Source of the DNA: Rhizodiscina lignyota
Taxonomy: Eukaryota
NCBI GenBank assembly: GCA_010015805.1
Contig: ML978133.1
Span: forward strand, 372,001 to 436,000
DNA: 64,000 nucleotides
Direction: 5' to 3'
The notes below the pieces were generated by a model. That model searched no databases. It saw nothing but the letters and a program-made list of their open reading frames with translations, and was not told the DNA's origin. Position 1 is the stretch's first letter, and each line of letters starts with the position of its first letter. Below are positions 1-10,800 of the stretch, one piece after another. The translations under genes were made by a program, and so were the position numbers.

Positions 1-700
1 GAGCGGCAGTAAATGCAGTGACGAGGGCAGCAGACGATCCGAGACCGGTCTTGTTCGTCTTATTGAGAGGAGTTCCAAAATCCGCAAATTTGGGTGGATT
101 GCTTGAGCCTGCCGCACAAGGAATGTCGGAGGGTGCCGAGTAGTAGTCGTTGTCAGCGAGGATCGTCACAGACGCTGGCTGTATTCTGGCAGGCTGTATG
201 GTTGAGACATACGTGAGGACGTAACCCAGCGCAGCCTCGACGAAGAGATTCCGGCTGATACGCTGAGAGGCAGCACTAGGAAGTCGAATATAAAAATGAG
301 CTTGAATTGAAAGGACATCAAGTCACAGTCAATTGAGAAGTGGTGAATTTGGTGCGCAAAAGTGGATTCAATACACAAGATACCAAACAACATAGAGCAT
401 GCAGTCAAGTAAGATGATTTGGTCAACTTACGCCCGTAGCTGTGTCAGATGTATCCCTCCATCCTCTTCAGTCTGCCTGTAGCTGTATTCCCACACGGCA
501 TCTCTGAATTGTGGTGACTTAACAATGATCTCAGATAAAGTGACCCCTGGAGCTGTAGGAATGTCGTTGACGACTACATGTATTCGCGCGTCAATGCCAA
601 ACGTCAGACCGGTGTACGCGCGGTCAAGGACGAGGAAACCTCCGCAGAGGAGCACCTTGCCTGGGCTACTGACAACTGTCCGAGTCGGCGATAAAGCCAT
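1..700 (-). CDS. ERG8: Phosphomevalonate kinase, 5' part (runs off the window start); intron 276-431
   Basis: Starts MALSPTRTVVSSPGKVLLCGGFLVLDRAYTGL. After a GTAAGT..CTAG intron the frame continues ISRNLFVEAALGYVL...ADNDYYS...KTGLGSSAALVT, the GHMP kinase motif. Confidence 0.93.
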
Positions 701-1535
701 CGTAACCCGCGGAGGCTGGGCAGGAGTAACGAGACAACCCGACAACGTCCTGCAGGACGGGGTTGCGATATTCGTGGGGTAAGCTCGATAGCCGTGCGAG
801 ACGAGCAGATGACCTCAAAAGCGGCAACGAGGCTCAGAGGCACTGGTGGAGCAATTGGCCTGAGGGATCCCGTCGCATGCTCGTTGCTTGACTCACCAGA
901 AAAGGGGAGCCCGAGAGGAGGGAGTGCCACTGAGTGCTAGAGCCCTGGTGGCCTAGTCGCTCGCGTAGCTGGACGGGCCAATCGACTTCCGCTCCGTTCC
1001 CTCCCGCGCCCTCGCATTCACTATTGCGTGTACGAATCTGCACCGAACACGTCCAGCGTGCGAACACGTATTTCTCTGCCTTCACTTCTTCTTGGGGCTG
1101 ATACCTGTTAATTCAGGCCAGCCGTCACCTTCACTTCCCTCCTTCACACACTACGATAAGTTTGATTTTGATCGTTTGACGGGGACTTGCCCTGTGCCGT
1201 CTCGTCTCGTATCGTCTCATCTCGCACCTATCACCATTTCCACCTCGAGTACCCCTACAACTCCATTCGCGCGTTTGTTTGGCGGCTGTGCGGTCGTCAA
1301 ATGAACCTGCAATTATTGTATATTTCGAGTATCCAAGTAGGTTCTTTTCGCATGTCCATACTGTCGTTCCGCATCCTTCCTATCACCTCTTCGTCTCGTG
1401 CGCGAGATATTTCGACTCCTCCAAGAGCTCCATCGAGCTCCATTATCACAGCTTCCACTGCCGAAACGTCGAAACACATTCTGACTTGCTTTGTAGTCTC
1501 ACCCTTCAAATCTGAAGGGTTCCTCGATATCCTAA

Positions 1536-4500
1536 ATGGTCTTGAAGTCCCTCAACCTCGCGCGCCAGAGTCTAGCAAAGACCTTCACCCACGGTTATGC
1601 CCAATCAGTAGTTGCCGCCAGCCAGTCATCCTACGCATCGCAAAATCATCCCTTCGGTACACTCCATACTAGTTTCGCCACTCGATTCGGTGGCAAAGCT
1701 GGCGTCTCCCAGCATTACAGCGCTTTCCAGGGTACCACTCAACAGCCTGGAGCTTCCAGCAAGCATGGACAGCAGGAGAATACCGATTCTGGCCTCGCTG
1801 CCTACTACGCGGCATGGCAGAGGGCTCAGAGACTAGGCGAATGGCAGCAGTTTCAATTTACAAAGCGCATTGAGTGGAAGGCACCCACCGCTGTTGCTGA
1901 AGGAAAGGCAACGTCAAAGGAGTCCGCTACTTTTGAAGATGTCGATGAAACAAAAGCTACAAAGGCCGTGCCAGAAAGAGCATACTCGTCAAGCGCCGTC
2001 GATGATTTCAGGAAATCTGTTGGCAGCGAGGAAGCCGAGGCTGCCGCCATCGCCGAAGTCGACAAAGCAATCGCGGAAGAGATTGCTCGCTCGAAAGAGG
2101 AGAAGTCTTCGATCCATGCTGCTTCAGAAAATGCGGTAGCTGCCGCTGACAGCGCCGCCGCAAATGATGTCCCAGAGAAGTCAGTCACACCGGTCTCCAC
2201 TGGCACAGTCGATTCTCTGCCCCTGAGCGACCTCACCAAGGCAACCACAGTTTCTATTCAGGACTCATACGCAGAACAATTGAACAAGCTTGCGGAACAG
2301 CATCAACATGGCGAAATTCCAGCAGTTTTCGAACACATGCTGGCACAAGGCATCAAGCCTACTGCGTCTGCCTACAATACTCTTTTGGTCGCTGCGCTCT
2401 CTCTTACGCACGGAAAGCATCACATCGTACCAAAGGCACTCGATGTCTATTCTGACATGCTTCGACGCCGTGTCATTCCCGATACTACGACTTATGCAAT
2501 CCTTATCGAGCTACTTTCTACACGTGCACTAGACGTCTTGGCGTCGAAAGAACAGCTTGAAGAGCGACGGCTTCGTTATGGAGGCATCGAAGAGGAGGGC
2601 AAATTCATGTTCCGCTCTAATGATGCCGAGTTTGACATTCTCTCCGAAGACGACTCACTCGCTCTGGCTCTGAAGCTTTTCCGAACTGCAACATCAACGC
2701 ACTCTGAGCAACCATTTGCCGGAAATACTTATCATGCTCTGATTACAGCGTGTGCTGAGGCGGGTAAAGTAGACGACATGGTCGCAATTTATTCGCACAT
2801 GGAGTCTCAAAACGTTGTTCCTCGAGCAGACTTATTCGTGCCTATGATACAGGCATTTGGAGTCTCTGGAGACCTCCGCAGCGCAGTAGAATGTTACGAA
2901 GAATACAAGACACTGGCCATTGCGCATAATAACGGCGAACTGGACATAGTTCGAAAGGACGACGAGGTCTACGCTGCGTTAGTCAAGGCTTACGAGGTTT
3001 GCGGCCGCTCTGAAGGTGGACAGCGATTCTTGAACAAACTTGAGACAACCGTCAACGATAATGCCAAGGTTGTGGAGCTCCGTGGCACCATCAGCATGCA
3101 GGCGCTTATACCTCATATGCTCAAGCGAGGGGCTTTTGCCCAGGCGTTCCAATATGCGCACGAAAAACTGGATCCACAAGTTCGAGACCAGGCCATCAGC
3201 TCCATCTGCGCCGCAGCTGCAGACGCCAACCATGTCGACATTGCTACAGAGGCGTACTTATCTCTCAGCGATGCGGCTGACGTTACCCTCCCGGCACTCT
3301 CCATGGGAGCGATGCACATTCGCGTTGGCAATCTTGCCGCAGCTGAGGAATACTGGAAGGTCCTTGAACACTCCAATGTACAGTCGGAGTTTCTGGAAGC
3401 TGCCTCCATGCATACTGTTGCTCTGATTGGTACCGGACACTCTGACACTGCCCTTCGCCAATGCCGCCAGATGTTCTCTCGCATTCGTGACTCTCAGTCC
3501 ACCAATAAGCAGGCCAGGTCTGAGATCATTGAGCAAATCGACGAAGCAATAGAATTCATCGGTCACTTTATCAGTAGACGGGGCATGACCTTGCCTGTCA
3601 AGTCCAGTATGGAGCTTATGTGGATGATGATTGATAACGGTGGTTTGGTCACTCCTGTTGCCGGGCATCTTCTTGCTGGGCTCGGACCAGAAGCTGTCAG
3701 CCACCTGGGATGGGAAGATGTTAATCTCCTCACCCAGGTCCAAGCTGGCATGATCATCAACGGTTCCGCAATGGACATCGGTCACGAGGCACGATTTGCG
3801 CACCTCTTCGAGGTAGTAGTCAACAGTGGCATGACAGCGAACAAGGACACAGCTGGCTTGGTTGAGAAGGCTCTTGCCAAGCTTGGTCGATCCGATCTCT
3901 CACAACGTTGGTTACAGTACCGCTATCCGGTTGCGCAACCCGTTTACTCGCCAGTATCATACCATGGCATGACTCCCACTTCCCCAGCCCCGGTAGCTTT
4001 CGAAGACTCGTACGATCCATATGCTGCAACTACGGACAACAAGGGCTCTGTGGCCATTACGGACCTGCTCGACAAGACTCATGGAAAGTCGTCTTCGCAT
4101 CTGAATGAAGCTCTGACACGATTCAAGAATATGCGTCGAGCTGGTCGTCATCCTCGCTTCTTCACCTACGCGAAGCTCATCAGCGCTGCCGCCAAAGAGG
4201 GCCGTCTGCCACTCGCGCATGACATCCTTGCACTAGCGAAGCAGGATGTGCCATATCTCCCACAGCACCGTATTGTTCGATTTGGTTGGGTCTCTATCTT
4301 GGACGCAATGGTCGCTGCCTGCTTGACTACTGGGCAGCGCCAGCTTGCGGCCCAATTTCACCAGGAACTCCTCGACATGGGTGCTGCACCGTCAGCAAAT
4401 ACTTTCGGCCTCTATATCACTACCCTGAAGGAATCGACCAAGACCTTTGACGAGGCTACTGAGGCGGTGAAGATCTTCATCCGTGCAAAGTCTGAGGGCG

Positions 4501-5429
4501 TTGAACCATCATCCTTCTTGTACAATGCCCTTATTGGCAAGCTTGGCAAGGCCAGGCGCATCGACGACTGCCTCTTCTACTTCGCCGAGATGCGCAACCT
4601 TGGCATACGCCCGACGAGCGTCACGTATGGAACCATTGTCAACGCTCTTTGCCGTGTCAGCGACGAGAAATTCGCAGAGGAGCTTTTCGAGGAGATGGAA
4701 AGCATGCCAAATTACAAACCTCGGCCGGCGCCATATCACAGCATGATGCAATTCTTCCTCTCGACAAAGCGCGACCGTAGCAAAGTTCTGGCTTACTATG
4801 AACGCATGCGCTCCAAGAACATTCAGCCTACAACTCATACCTATAAGCTTCTGATTGATACCTACGCCACACTCGATCCCATCGACATGACCGCCGCGGA
4901 GGCCGTCTTGGACCAGATCCGTCAGGCTGGTGAATTGCCAGAGGCTGTTCACTATGCATCCCTTGTCCATGCGAAGGGATGTGTTTTGCATGACGTTGAA
5001 GGCGCCCGTCGGACTTTCGACACTGTTCTCGCGGATCGACGCATCAGACCACAAGCTTGTCTTTATCAGGCGCTCTTCGAAGCGATGGTCGCTAACCATC
5101 TTATTGAAGAGACCGAGCCTATCGTTGCGGACATGAAAGTACGTGGCGTTGAAATGACACCGTACATTGCCAACTCTCTCATCCACGGCTGGGCCATGGC
5201 GAAGAATATCGCGAAAGCAGAGGCTATCTACAAGGCTGTCCCTGTCGGGAAACGCGAGCCAAGCACGTACGAGGCCATGACCCGAGCTTTCATGGCTCTC
5301 GAGGACCGTGAGCATGCCATGGTCGTTGTCAATGAGGGCCTATCGAGAGGCTACCCAACGGCAGTTGCGAACAAGATACTGGAATTGGTGGGTGGCGGCA
5401 GGTCAGCCGCTCCGGAAGTGGCGCAGTAA
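1536..5429 (+). CDS. Pentatricopeptide-repeat (PPR) protein, 1297 aa, probably mitochondrial RNA metabolism
   Basis: Intronless ORF with many 35-aa PPR-type repeats (PSSFLYNALIGKLGKARRIDDCLFYFAEMRNLGIRPTSVTYGTIVNALCR) and a basic, acid-free N-terminus. Confidence 0.92.
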   Translation: MVLKSLNLARQSLAKTFTHGYAQSVVAASQSSYASQNHPFGTLHTSFATRFGGKAGVSQHYSAFQGTTQQPGASSKHGQQENTDSGLAAYYAAWQRAQRLGEWQQFQFTKRIEWKAPTAVAEGKATSKESATFEDVDETKATKAVPERAYSSSAVDDFRKSVGSEEAEAAAIAEVDKAIAEEIARSKEEKSSIHAASENAVAAADSAAANDVPEKSVTPVSTGTVDSLPLSDLTKATTVSIQDSYAEQLNKLAEQHQHGEIPAVFEHMLAQGIKPTASAYNTLLVAALSLTHGKHHIVPKALDVYSDMLRRRVIPDTTTYAILIELLSTRALDVLASKEQLEERRLRYGGIEEEGKFMFRSNDAEFDILSEDDSLALALKLFRTATSTHSEQPFAGNTYHALITACAEAGKVDDMVAIYSHMESQNVVPRADLFVPMIQAFGVSGDLRSAVECYEEYKTLAIAHNNGELDIVRKDDEVYAALVKAYEVCGRSEGGQRFLNKLETTVNDNAKVVELRGTISMQALIPHMLKRGAFAQAFQYAHEKLDPQVRDQAISSICAAAADANHVDIATEAYLSLSDAADVTLPALSMGAMHIRVGNLAAAEEYWKVLEHSNVQSEFLEAASMHTVALIGTGHSDTALRQCRQMFSRIRDSQSTNKQARSEIIEQIDEAIEFIGHFISRRGMTLPVKSSMELMWMMIDNGGLVTPVAGHLLAGLGPEAVSHLGWEDVNLLTQVQAGMIINGSAMDIGHEARFAHLFEVVVNSGMTANKDTAGLVEKALAKLGRSDLSQRWLQYRYPVAQPVYSPVSYHGMTPTSPAPVAFEDSYDPYAATTDNKGSVAITDLLDKTHGKSSSHLNEALTRFKNMRRAGRHPRFFTYAKLISAAAKEGRLPLAHDILALAKQDVPYLPQHRIVRFGWVSILDAMVAACLTTGQRQLAAQFHQELLDMGAAPSANTFGLYITTLKESTKTFDEATEAVKIFIRAKSEGVEPSSFLYNALIGKLGKARRIDDCLFYFAEMRNLGIRPTSVTYGTIVNALCRVSDEKFAEELFEEMESMPNYKPRPAPYHSMMQFFLSTKRDRSKVLAYYERMRSKNIQPTTHTYKLLIDTYATLDPIDMTAAEAVLDQIRQAGELPEAVHYASLVHAKGCVLHDVEGARRTFDTVLADRRIRPQACLYQALFEAMVANHLIEETEPIVADMKVRGVEMTPYIANSLIHGWAMAKNIAKAEAIYKAVPVGKREPSTYEAMTRAFMALEDREHAMVVVNEGLSRGYPTAVANKILELVGGGRSAAPEVAQ

Positions 5430-6054
5430 AGTCTGGATATGCCTGCTAACTAACCACGCTGGCTCCACAAGGCGGAAAGGCTTATTTGAACCAGCGCAAC
5501 GAAGGAATGTCTTCGTTGTTGAACTTCAGTTCTCTTTTTGACTTTTAATCTTGATCTTGCATCGTCGTTTGCAAACTTTGTTTCTTTTGTACGTTTTGCA
5601 TTGGACGGCCGATCTACGCAGCCGGGAGGGAGAAGATACCCTGGCGCACCCTGTATTAACGGCCGACGACATCACGGGCAACTGGCGTTTTCCGAGCGAT
5701 TTTAGGCGAGCGGGCCGGCGCTTTTGTGAGAATATATTTCAAGGGTTTGCAAAGGGATTTGTACCATAGGTAGCTCAAGGATACCCACTCCTCTCTAGAC
5801 GAGACCACAAGATGTGGCTCTGGTAAAAGTGAAAAGAAGATTTCGAACGTTAAACTCTCAAGCTTCGCTCTCCATTGTTTCAAGGCATCTTAATTGTGGT
5901 CTCTTGGCTCTTCTGCTCGGATCCCGTGGACTCGATGACTAGGCCGACTGCTACCGTCCTGAAGCGCGCTCCGTGGTTACACCTCGAACAGGCCACCTAC
6001 CGATCATGTGGCCCGCGTTAAGCTTTTGTTGTGAAGGTGTTGTTGTTGTTTCCT

Positions 6055-6100
6055 GACGCGCTAGGGGCTAGCGCGTCCGCGGGATTGCTCCTGGTATAAG
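6055..6100 (+). promoter_or_regulatory. Perfect 10-bp inverted repeat followed by a TATA-like element; likely promoter of the orphan gene
   Basis: GACGCGCTAG-ggg-CTAGCGCGTC at 6055-6077, TATAAG at 6095-6100, then a CT-rich tract. Confidence 0.55.
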
Positions 6101-6129
6101 GAGCTCACCGCCCTGCCCTTTCCTCTCAC

Positions 6130-7153
6130 ACCAGGACAACAAATACATCTCGACTTTGACCTTCTTCTCTTCAATCATCCCGCTCTACTTCACTGACTCC
6201 CCATCTCTCTAAAGCGCTCGAGGCCATCTCACCGCCCCTCTTACACACAACGCCGCCGTTCTTGCTCGGTCACATCGCGTACCTTGCTCAACCGCGTCTT
6301 TGGGTGCGTGACTTCAGGCTTCAAGCTTGTGAGTATGCGCTCGATTGTTTTGTCTCCAGACACGAGACTGACTTTCAAGAAGACGGATCTGCGACATCCG
6401 CGTGGTAGTCAACTCACTGCGTCCCTGAGCCGCTGATTTGCCACCCACGCGCCGTGCATAACACCACACAACTGTCTCACCGCTCCACCGTTGTTGCGTC
6501 ACTGCTCAACCGCACGCTTCCACGGAGATTTAACACAGGCGGCCGGAAAATTTTTCTCCCGCAGCTCGCCTCTTTTCTCGCACACACTTCTCTCATCCTC
6601 TTCCTCATTTACTCTTCTCACCCAAGAACTTCCTGCTCAACCCAAGCAACAACGCAACATCGCAACTACTCTAGCAAAGCAGTGAGTATATGAGTAAGGT
6701 CAATCAAATTATAAGTTCGATATGTTACGTCACATTTCAGGTCCTGGTTCCTTGGTTGACTTCACCAACACCACACATATCGACATCAGAAGCTCGACCA
6801 CACTTGTCAGCTGTTGTTTCTCTCCTCGCACTCGACCGACCTATCAAGGCAGTACGTATTTGAGAGAATATGCATCCTCAGAAGAGATCGAAAGTATTAT
6901 GTGACCTTGCAGGCCTCGCTTCACTGTTCCAGTGTTCAACCTTACCGGCGCAACACGCAACTCGCATCCGAGCGAGCACTCATTCTCAAGCAAGACTAAA
7001 AGCTGATTTGACTTGTCAGCCTCTTGTGTCTTTGCTTCCATCATTCGAACTTACCTATCACTGAGTACGTAAACGACAGTCATTGCTCAGAGGATCAGAC
7101 ACTTACGTCATGTATTAGATATCCACCTCCTTACTCACCACCTTACCGCAACT
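6130..7153 (+). other. Long 5' UTR with four predicted introns (6329-6379, 6682-6740, 6852-6912, 7065-7118)
   Basis: Donors GTGAGT, GTGAGT, GTACGT, GTACGT; acceptors AAG, CAG, CAG, TAG; lengths 51-61 nt. The predicted exons contain no ATG. Confidence 0.65.
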
Positions 7154-9034
7154 ATGACTTCTCGCCCTCAGTCTATCTGCGGCTTGCACGTGGGAGACAA
7201 GGTGCCCAAGCCTCTTGTCCCAGGAGTGGACAATCGCATGCATGATTCGCTTTTGCATAATGCGGGCGGCATGATCATCGTGCACGAGTCCGAGCTATTC
7301 CAGCTCCAAAAGGAATACCGTGAGAAGACTGGCAACTCCGTCACCATTGGTCCTGAATTCCCCTTCATGAACCTGCCCCGCGAGCTACGCAACAAGGTCT
7401 ACGACTCCGTGTACCCCGGAGGCGAGACCGTTACTCCTTTCCAATCCGTTAAGGGCTCGCCCAAAGCTGAAGATGACTTCGCGGACTTCACCCAGTACAT
7501 CGTCTCACCGGATGAGCCCGGCGCCAGCAGCCGCTTAACCGCATCAGCCCTTGCGCTGATCTCCCAACCCCTCCGCAAGGAGTCTGTCGACGATATGGCC
7601 AATGTTGCGAACCCAACCAACAGGTTTCCAGCTCTGGACTTCCGCTCTGACTGGGCAGGCATGACCGCTTTGCTCCGTAGCTTGGGCAAGAAAGAAGCGA
7701 GCCACCTGCTGCACAAGATCACCTTCCGCATCCCCAATGCTGCCGGCCATCTCCTTAAGAAGAAAACTATCTCCGATGTCGACGTTGTCGATATCGCCAA
7801 AGCTCTGTTTGAACTTGGAAGTCTTGTATCACCTGTTCCATCTAAGGACATCACGACCTTCAGTGTGATGGACGATATCTCCCATCACCACTCCGAAGAG
7901 TGGTTCGACGTGCTCGTCCCCAGCATTAACGGTCCGATGATTGATCCGGCCTTGCTTGAAAAAGCCAACTTCACCGCTGTTGGTCACACTGGACAGAGGC
8001 CAGTCATCACACTGTCCATTCCTGAGATGAAAGATCATCGTGGTATTCTTGCGCTCAAGACAATCATGTGGCGCCTGGGCTACGCCCTCAAATACGTTAG
8101 CGCGACTCCGGACGATCCTACTCACCTGCCTTGGGTTCCTCATATGGATGATGACGCCCAGTTCATTGCACCAGATGATGCACCCTTGTTCGTCACCTGC
8201 ACCTGGGAGCGCAGCTCGACGCCAGAGCATACCACCGCCGACCATCCTACCCGCTTCTGCACTGAGCAAGTGGAGATTGATGAATTCAGTCTCAGGGTAA
8301 TCGTGACAGGAATTCAACCCCCACTGGCTGATGGTGTTTGTGGCCACATCACCCCTGGAAACGCTAGCATCGAAGTGTGCTCTCAGCTGTCGGCAGCCGA
8401 GCTGTCCTACCTCAAGAAGGCCCCGCTTGGAACTCTGCTCAAGACACACTTCCGCCTTGCCAATGGCGGCACAGTTCCGGTCCAGGTCTGCCGTTGCCAC
8501 TCGCTTCCTCTCTCGGTCGGCCTTGCAGACCTGCACGGCCTGCACTGGGCTGACTACGACATGGGCAACTACCTTGGCGTCTGGGACTTCCTGCAGATCC
8601 CGCGTGACGAGGTCCTCAAGTACGGCTGCAGCGCATATCAGTTCCAGTTCTGCCAGGAGACTGGACTGCCAAAGATTCCGGCCGGCGAGTCGGACCAGAT
8701 CAGCCCTGCGCTGTTCTGGCACGGCCCGGCGGCAAACGCCATCCTGATGCGTGGCATCGACGAGGACCCACTGTTCCATGCGGACATGAGAGACGCTGGG
8801 TTGGCAGACATCGTTCACAAGCGCCTGGTCCACGCCAAGGTGGACACTGGTGCGGCTTTCACGCCGTACCAGCTGAACGGGGCTCCGCACAGCGGAGTAG
8901 TGGCGGCGCTGTTCCGCCCGCACGTGCTGTGCCCATGGCACAGCACGTCGCTCAGCAAGTACATGGACCCGCTCAGCTGGTCCGCCTCGTCCTTGCTCAC
9001 CCACTGGGTGAACATCGACGAGGCCACCAGATAG
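7154..9034 (+). CDS. Orphan 626-aa protein with an N-terminal F-box-like motif
   Basis: Long ORF with codon bias. FPFMNLPRELRNKVY matches the fungal F-box-like/2EXR-type F..LP.E.R..[IV]Y pattern; I do not recognise the rest. Confidence 0.8.
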   Translation: MTSRPQSICGLHVGDKVPKPLVPGVDNRMHDSLLHNAGGMIIVHESELFQLQKEYREKTGNSVTIGPEFPFMNLPRELRNKVYDSVYPGGETVTPFQSVKGSPKAEDDFADFTQYIVSPDEPGASSRLTASALALISQPLRKESVDDMANVANPTNRFPALDFRSDWAGMTALLRSLGKKEASHLLHKITFRIPNAAGHLLKKKTISDVDVVDIAKALFELGSLVSPVPSKDITTFSVMDDISHHHSEEWFDVLVPSINGPMIDPALLEKANFTAVGHTGQRPVITLSIPEMKDHRGILALKTIMWRLGYALKYVSATPDDPTHLPWVPHMDDDAQFIAPDDAPLFVTCTWERSSTPEHTTADHPTRFCTEQVEIDEFSLRVIVTGIQPPLADGVCGHITPGNASIEVCSQLSAAELSYLKKAPLGTLLKTHFRLANGGTVPVQVCRCHSLPLSVGLADLHGLHWADYDMGNYLGVWDFLQIPRDEVLKYGCSAYQFQFCQETGLPKIPAGESDQISPALFWHGPAANAILMRGIDEDPLFHADMRDAGLADIVHKRLVHAKVDTGAAFTPYQLNGAPHSGVVAALFRPHVLCPWHSTSLSKYMDPLSWSASSLLTHWVNIDEATR

Positions 9035-9569
9035 GCTCGCGTGCTCTCTCTTCTCTCCCCCCTTCCCCCCTAAATAGCCTCTCAAATACAAACGTTCCCC
9101 CCTTCTCTCTAAGTGTAAAACGTGCTGCGCTGCCTCCTGATATAATGAAAGTGACTCTCGACGCCCAAAAGAGCTGTAATATACAACCTTTAGGGCGTAT
9201 TGACTTGTACATGTTCTATATCCAGCCAAACCTATCGCCTTGGTGGTTGACTTTGAAGTCAAGAAGTTGACTCAGCAAGGTAACTCTACACACCGTCAAT
9301 ATCAATTACCTACAAAGCATGCTTTTCCCTAAGTTTATAATAGCTCAAGCCGCCTCCAGATATAATAAGATCATCGCTCAATGCTCACAGAAGCCGTAAT
9401 CCATAAGAATTGGGTAGCGGTCGACTTCTAATAAACCTGTAGTCTATCAGATCGTCCATGGTGGTTCGGGCTTGGTATATCAAAATGCTGACTAAGCAGA
9501 GTAACTCCATACATCGACAGTATCAGTTATCCACAACGCGTGCTTTCCACTAAGTCTACATCAATTCGA

Positions 9570-10800
9570 GCAGCCCTCCAGAACAACCAGATTGATGCTC
9601 AACGCTCAGCACGGCAACAGTTTAAGAGCCTGAATTGCTGGTTAACTCAGCATATCTCTGCAATCCACCAAATCTTTCGACCCCAAATTGCTGGCTCGAC
9701 AGCCTGGCTCCGTACAACGTCCACACCAGCAGTATAGCACTTACTTTTCAATAAATCACAAACCCCATGAACGGACTCCTTCGATAATAAGATTCATGCT
9801 CAGACGGCCTTGGAAGCATGGTGTTTCACCGGCTGGAGCCAATTAAAAGTGAGGATGCGCTCTACACCTGAAGGGAGGCTTTCTCATCGTAGAATTAAAC
9901 GCACAGGTGTTCGTGCTTAAGTCAAGTTACTCACAAAGGGACCCCAGCGACAACCAGATCAATGCTTAAATATGCTTGTATACGCGGCGTTTCCCCCTCT
10001 GCAGCCAGTTGCAAGGACAGTGACCTCTCTATCGCCTGAAGGGCAGCGACACTATGCGCTAGAATACAATGCTCTCCACGCATATATTAAACCCAGATGG
10101 AGGAGTTACGCACCTTGGCGGCGTACAAGAACAAGATGTCAGCGGCAGCACGATCTGGCTGTTGCTTGTGCCAGAAGTCTTCCAGGAGACCTTCAATCGC
10201 AAGAAGCTGACCTTCGTCAAGGGTAGTCTTCCGCGAAAGAACCCGGCAATAACCAAATCGATGCTCGAACACGCCTACCAGTATAGTGTTTTTCCGCCTA
10301 TGGCCGACCGTAACGTCGGTGAGCCTACTGTCGTCGACAAGGACATCGGGGGACACGAAAAAACACAATTCTCCTCACCCTTATGTGAAACCTTCCGCGA
10401 AAGGACTCCAGCAATAGCCAAATCGATGCTTGAACACACTTGCTAGTGTGGTGGTTTCCCGTCTACGGCCAACCGTAAGGGAGGTGAGCGTACTGCCGCC
10501 GAAAAGCACACCGAGGGAGTACGATAGAACACCATACTCGTCACAAATACGTCAGGCCGCTCACAACGGGACTCTGGCGATGATCCAATCAGTGCTTTAA
10601 CATGCTTGTATACGTGGTATTTTTCCTTCTACGACCAAACGTAAAGGTGGTGAGCTATTGCCGCCGAGATGGACGCCGGATGAATGTGATAAGACATCAG
10701 ACTCCTCGCGCGTAAGTCAATCCCTTCGCAAGGGGATTCCAGAAATAACCAATCGATGCTCAAACACGCTTACCAGCGTGATGCTTCACTATTTATGACA
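9570..10800. repeat. Degenerate tandem array with a ~165-bp unit, at least 6 copies
   Basis: Core (g/a)at(c/t)(g/a)atgct recurs at ~9791, 9957, 10256, 10421, 10587 and 10751, with a weaker copy at ~9590. Spacings are 166, 299, 165, 166, 164, and homology spans the whole unit. Confidence 0.85.

Noticed and set aside
276..431. Longer introns of ERG8 (156 nt) and LOX (238 nt) as snoRNA hosts
   Set aside because: I found no properly placed C (RTGATGA) and D (CTGA) boxes or clear H/ACA architecture by eye; a snoscan or Infernal run would settle it.
7829..9262. 477-aa antisense ORF over the orphan gene
   Set aside because: It is the shadow frame expected from a GC3-biased sense CDS; no motifs and no promoter or splice support.
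5900..9300. Orphan locus as a transposon or Helitron insertion
   Set aside because: I found no transposase, Rep/helicase or RT motifs, terminal repeats or target-site duplication; only small hairpins.
9570..10800. CRISPR-like interpretation of the periodic array
   Set aside because: Similarity covers the whole ~165-bp unit rather than short identical repeats with unique spacers, there are no cas genes, and the genome is fungal.
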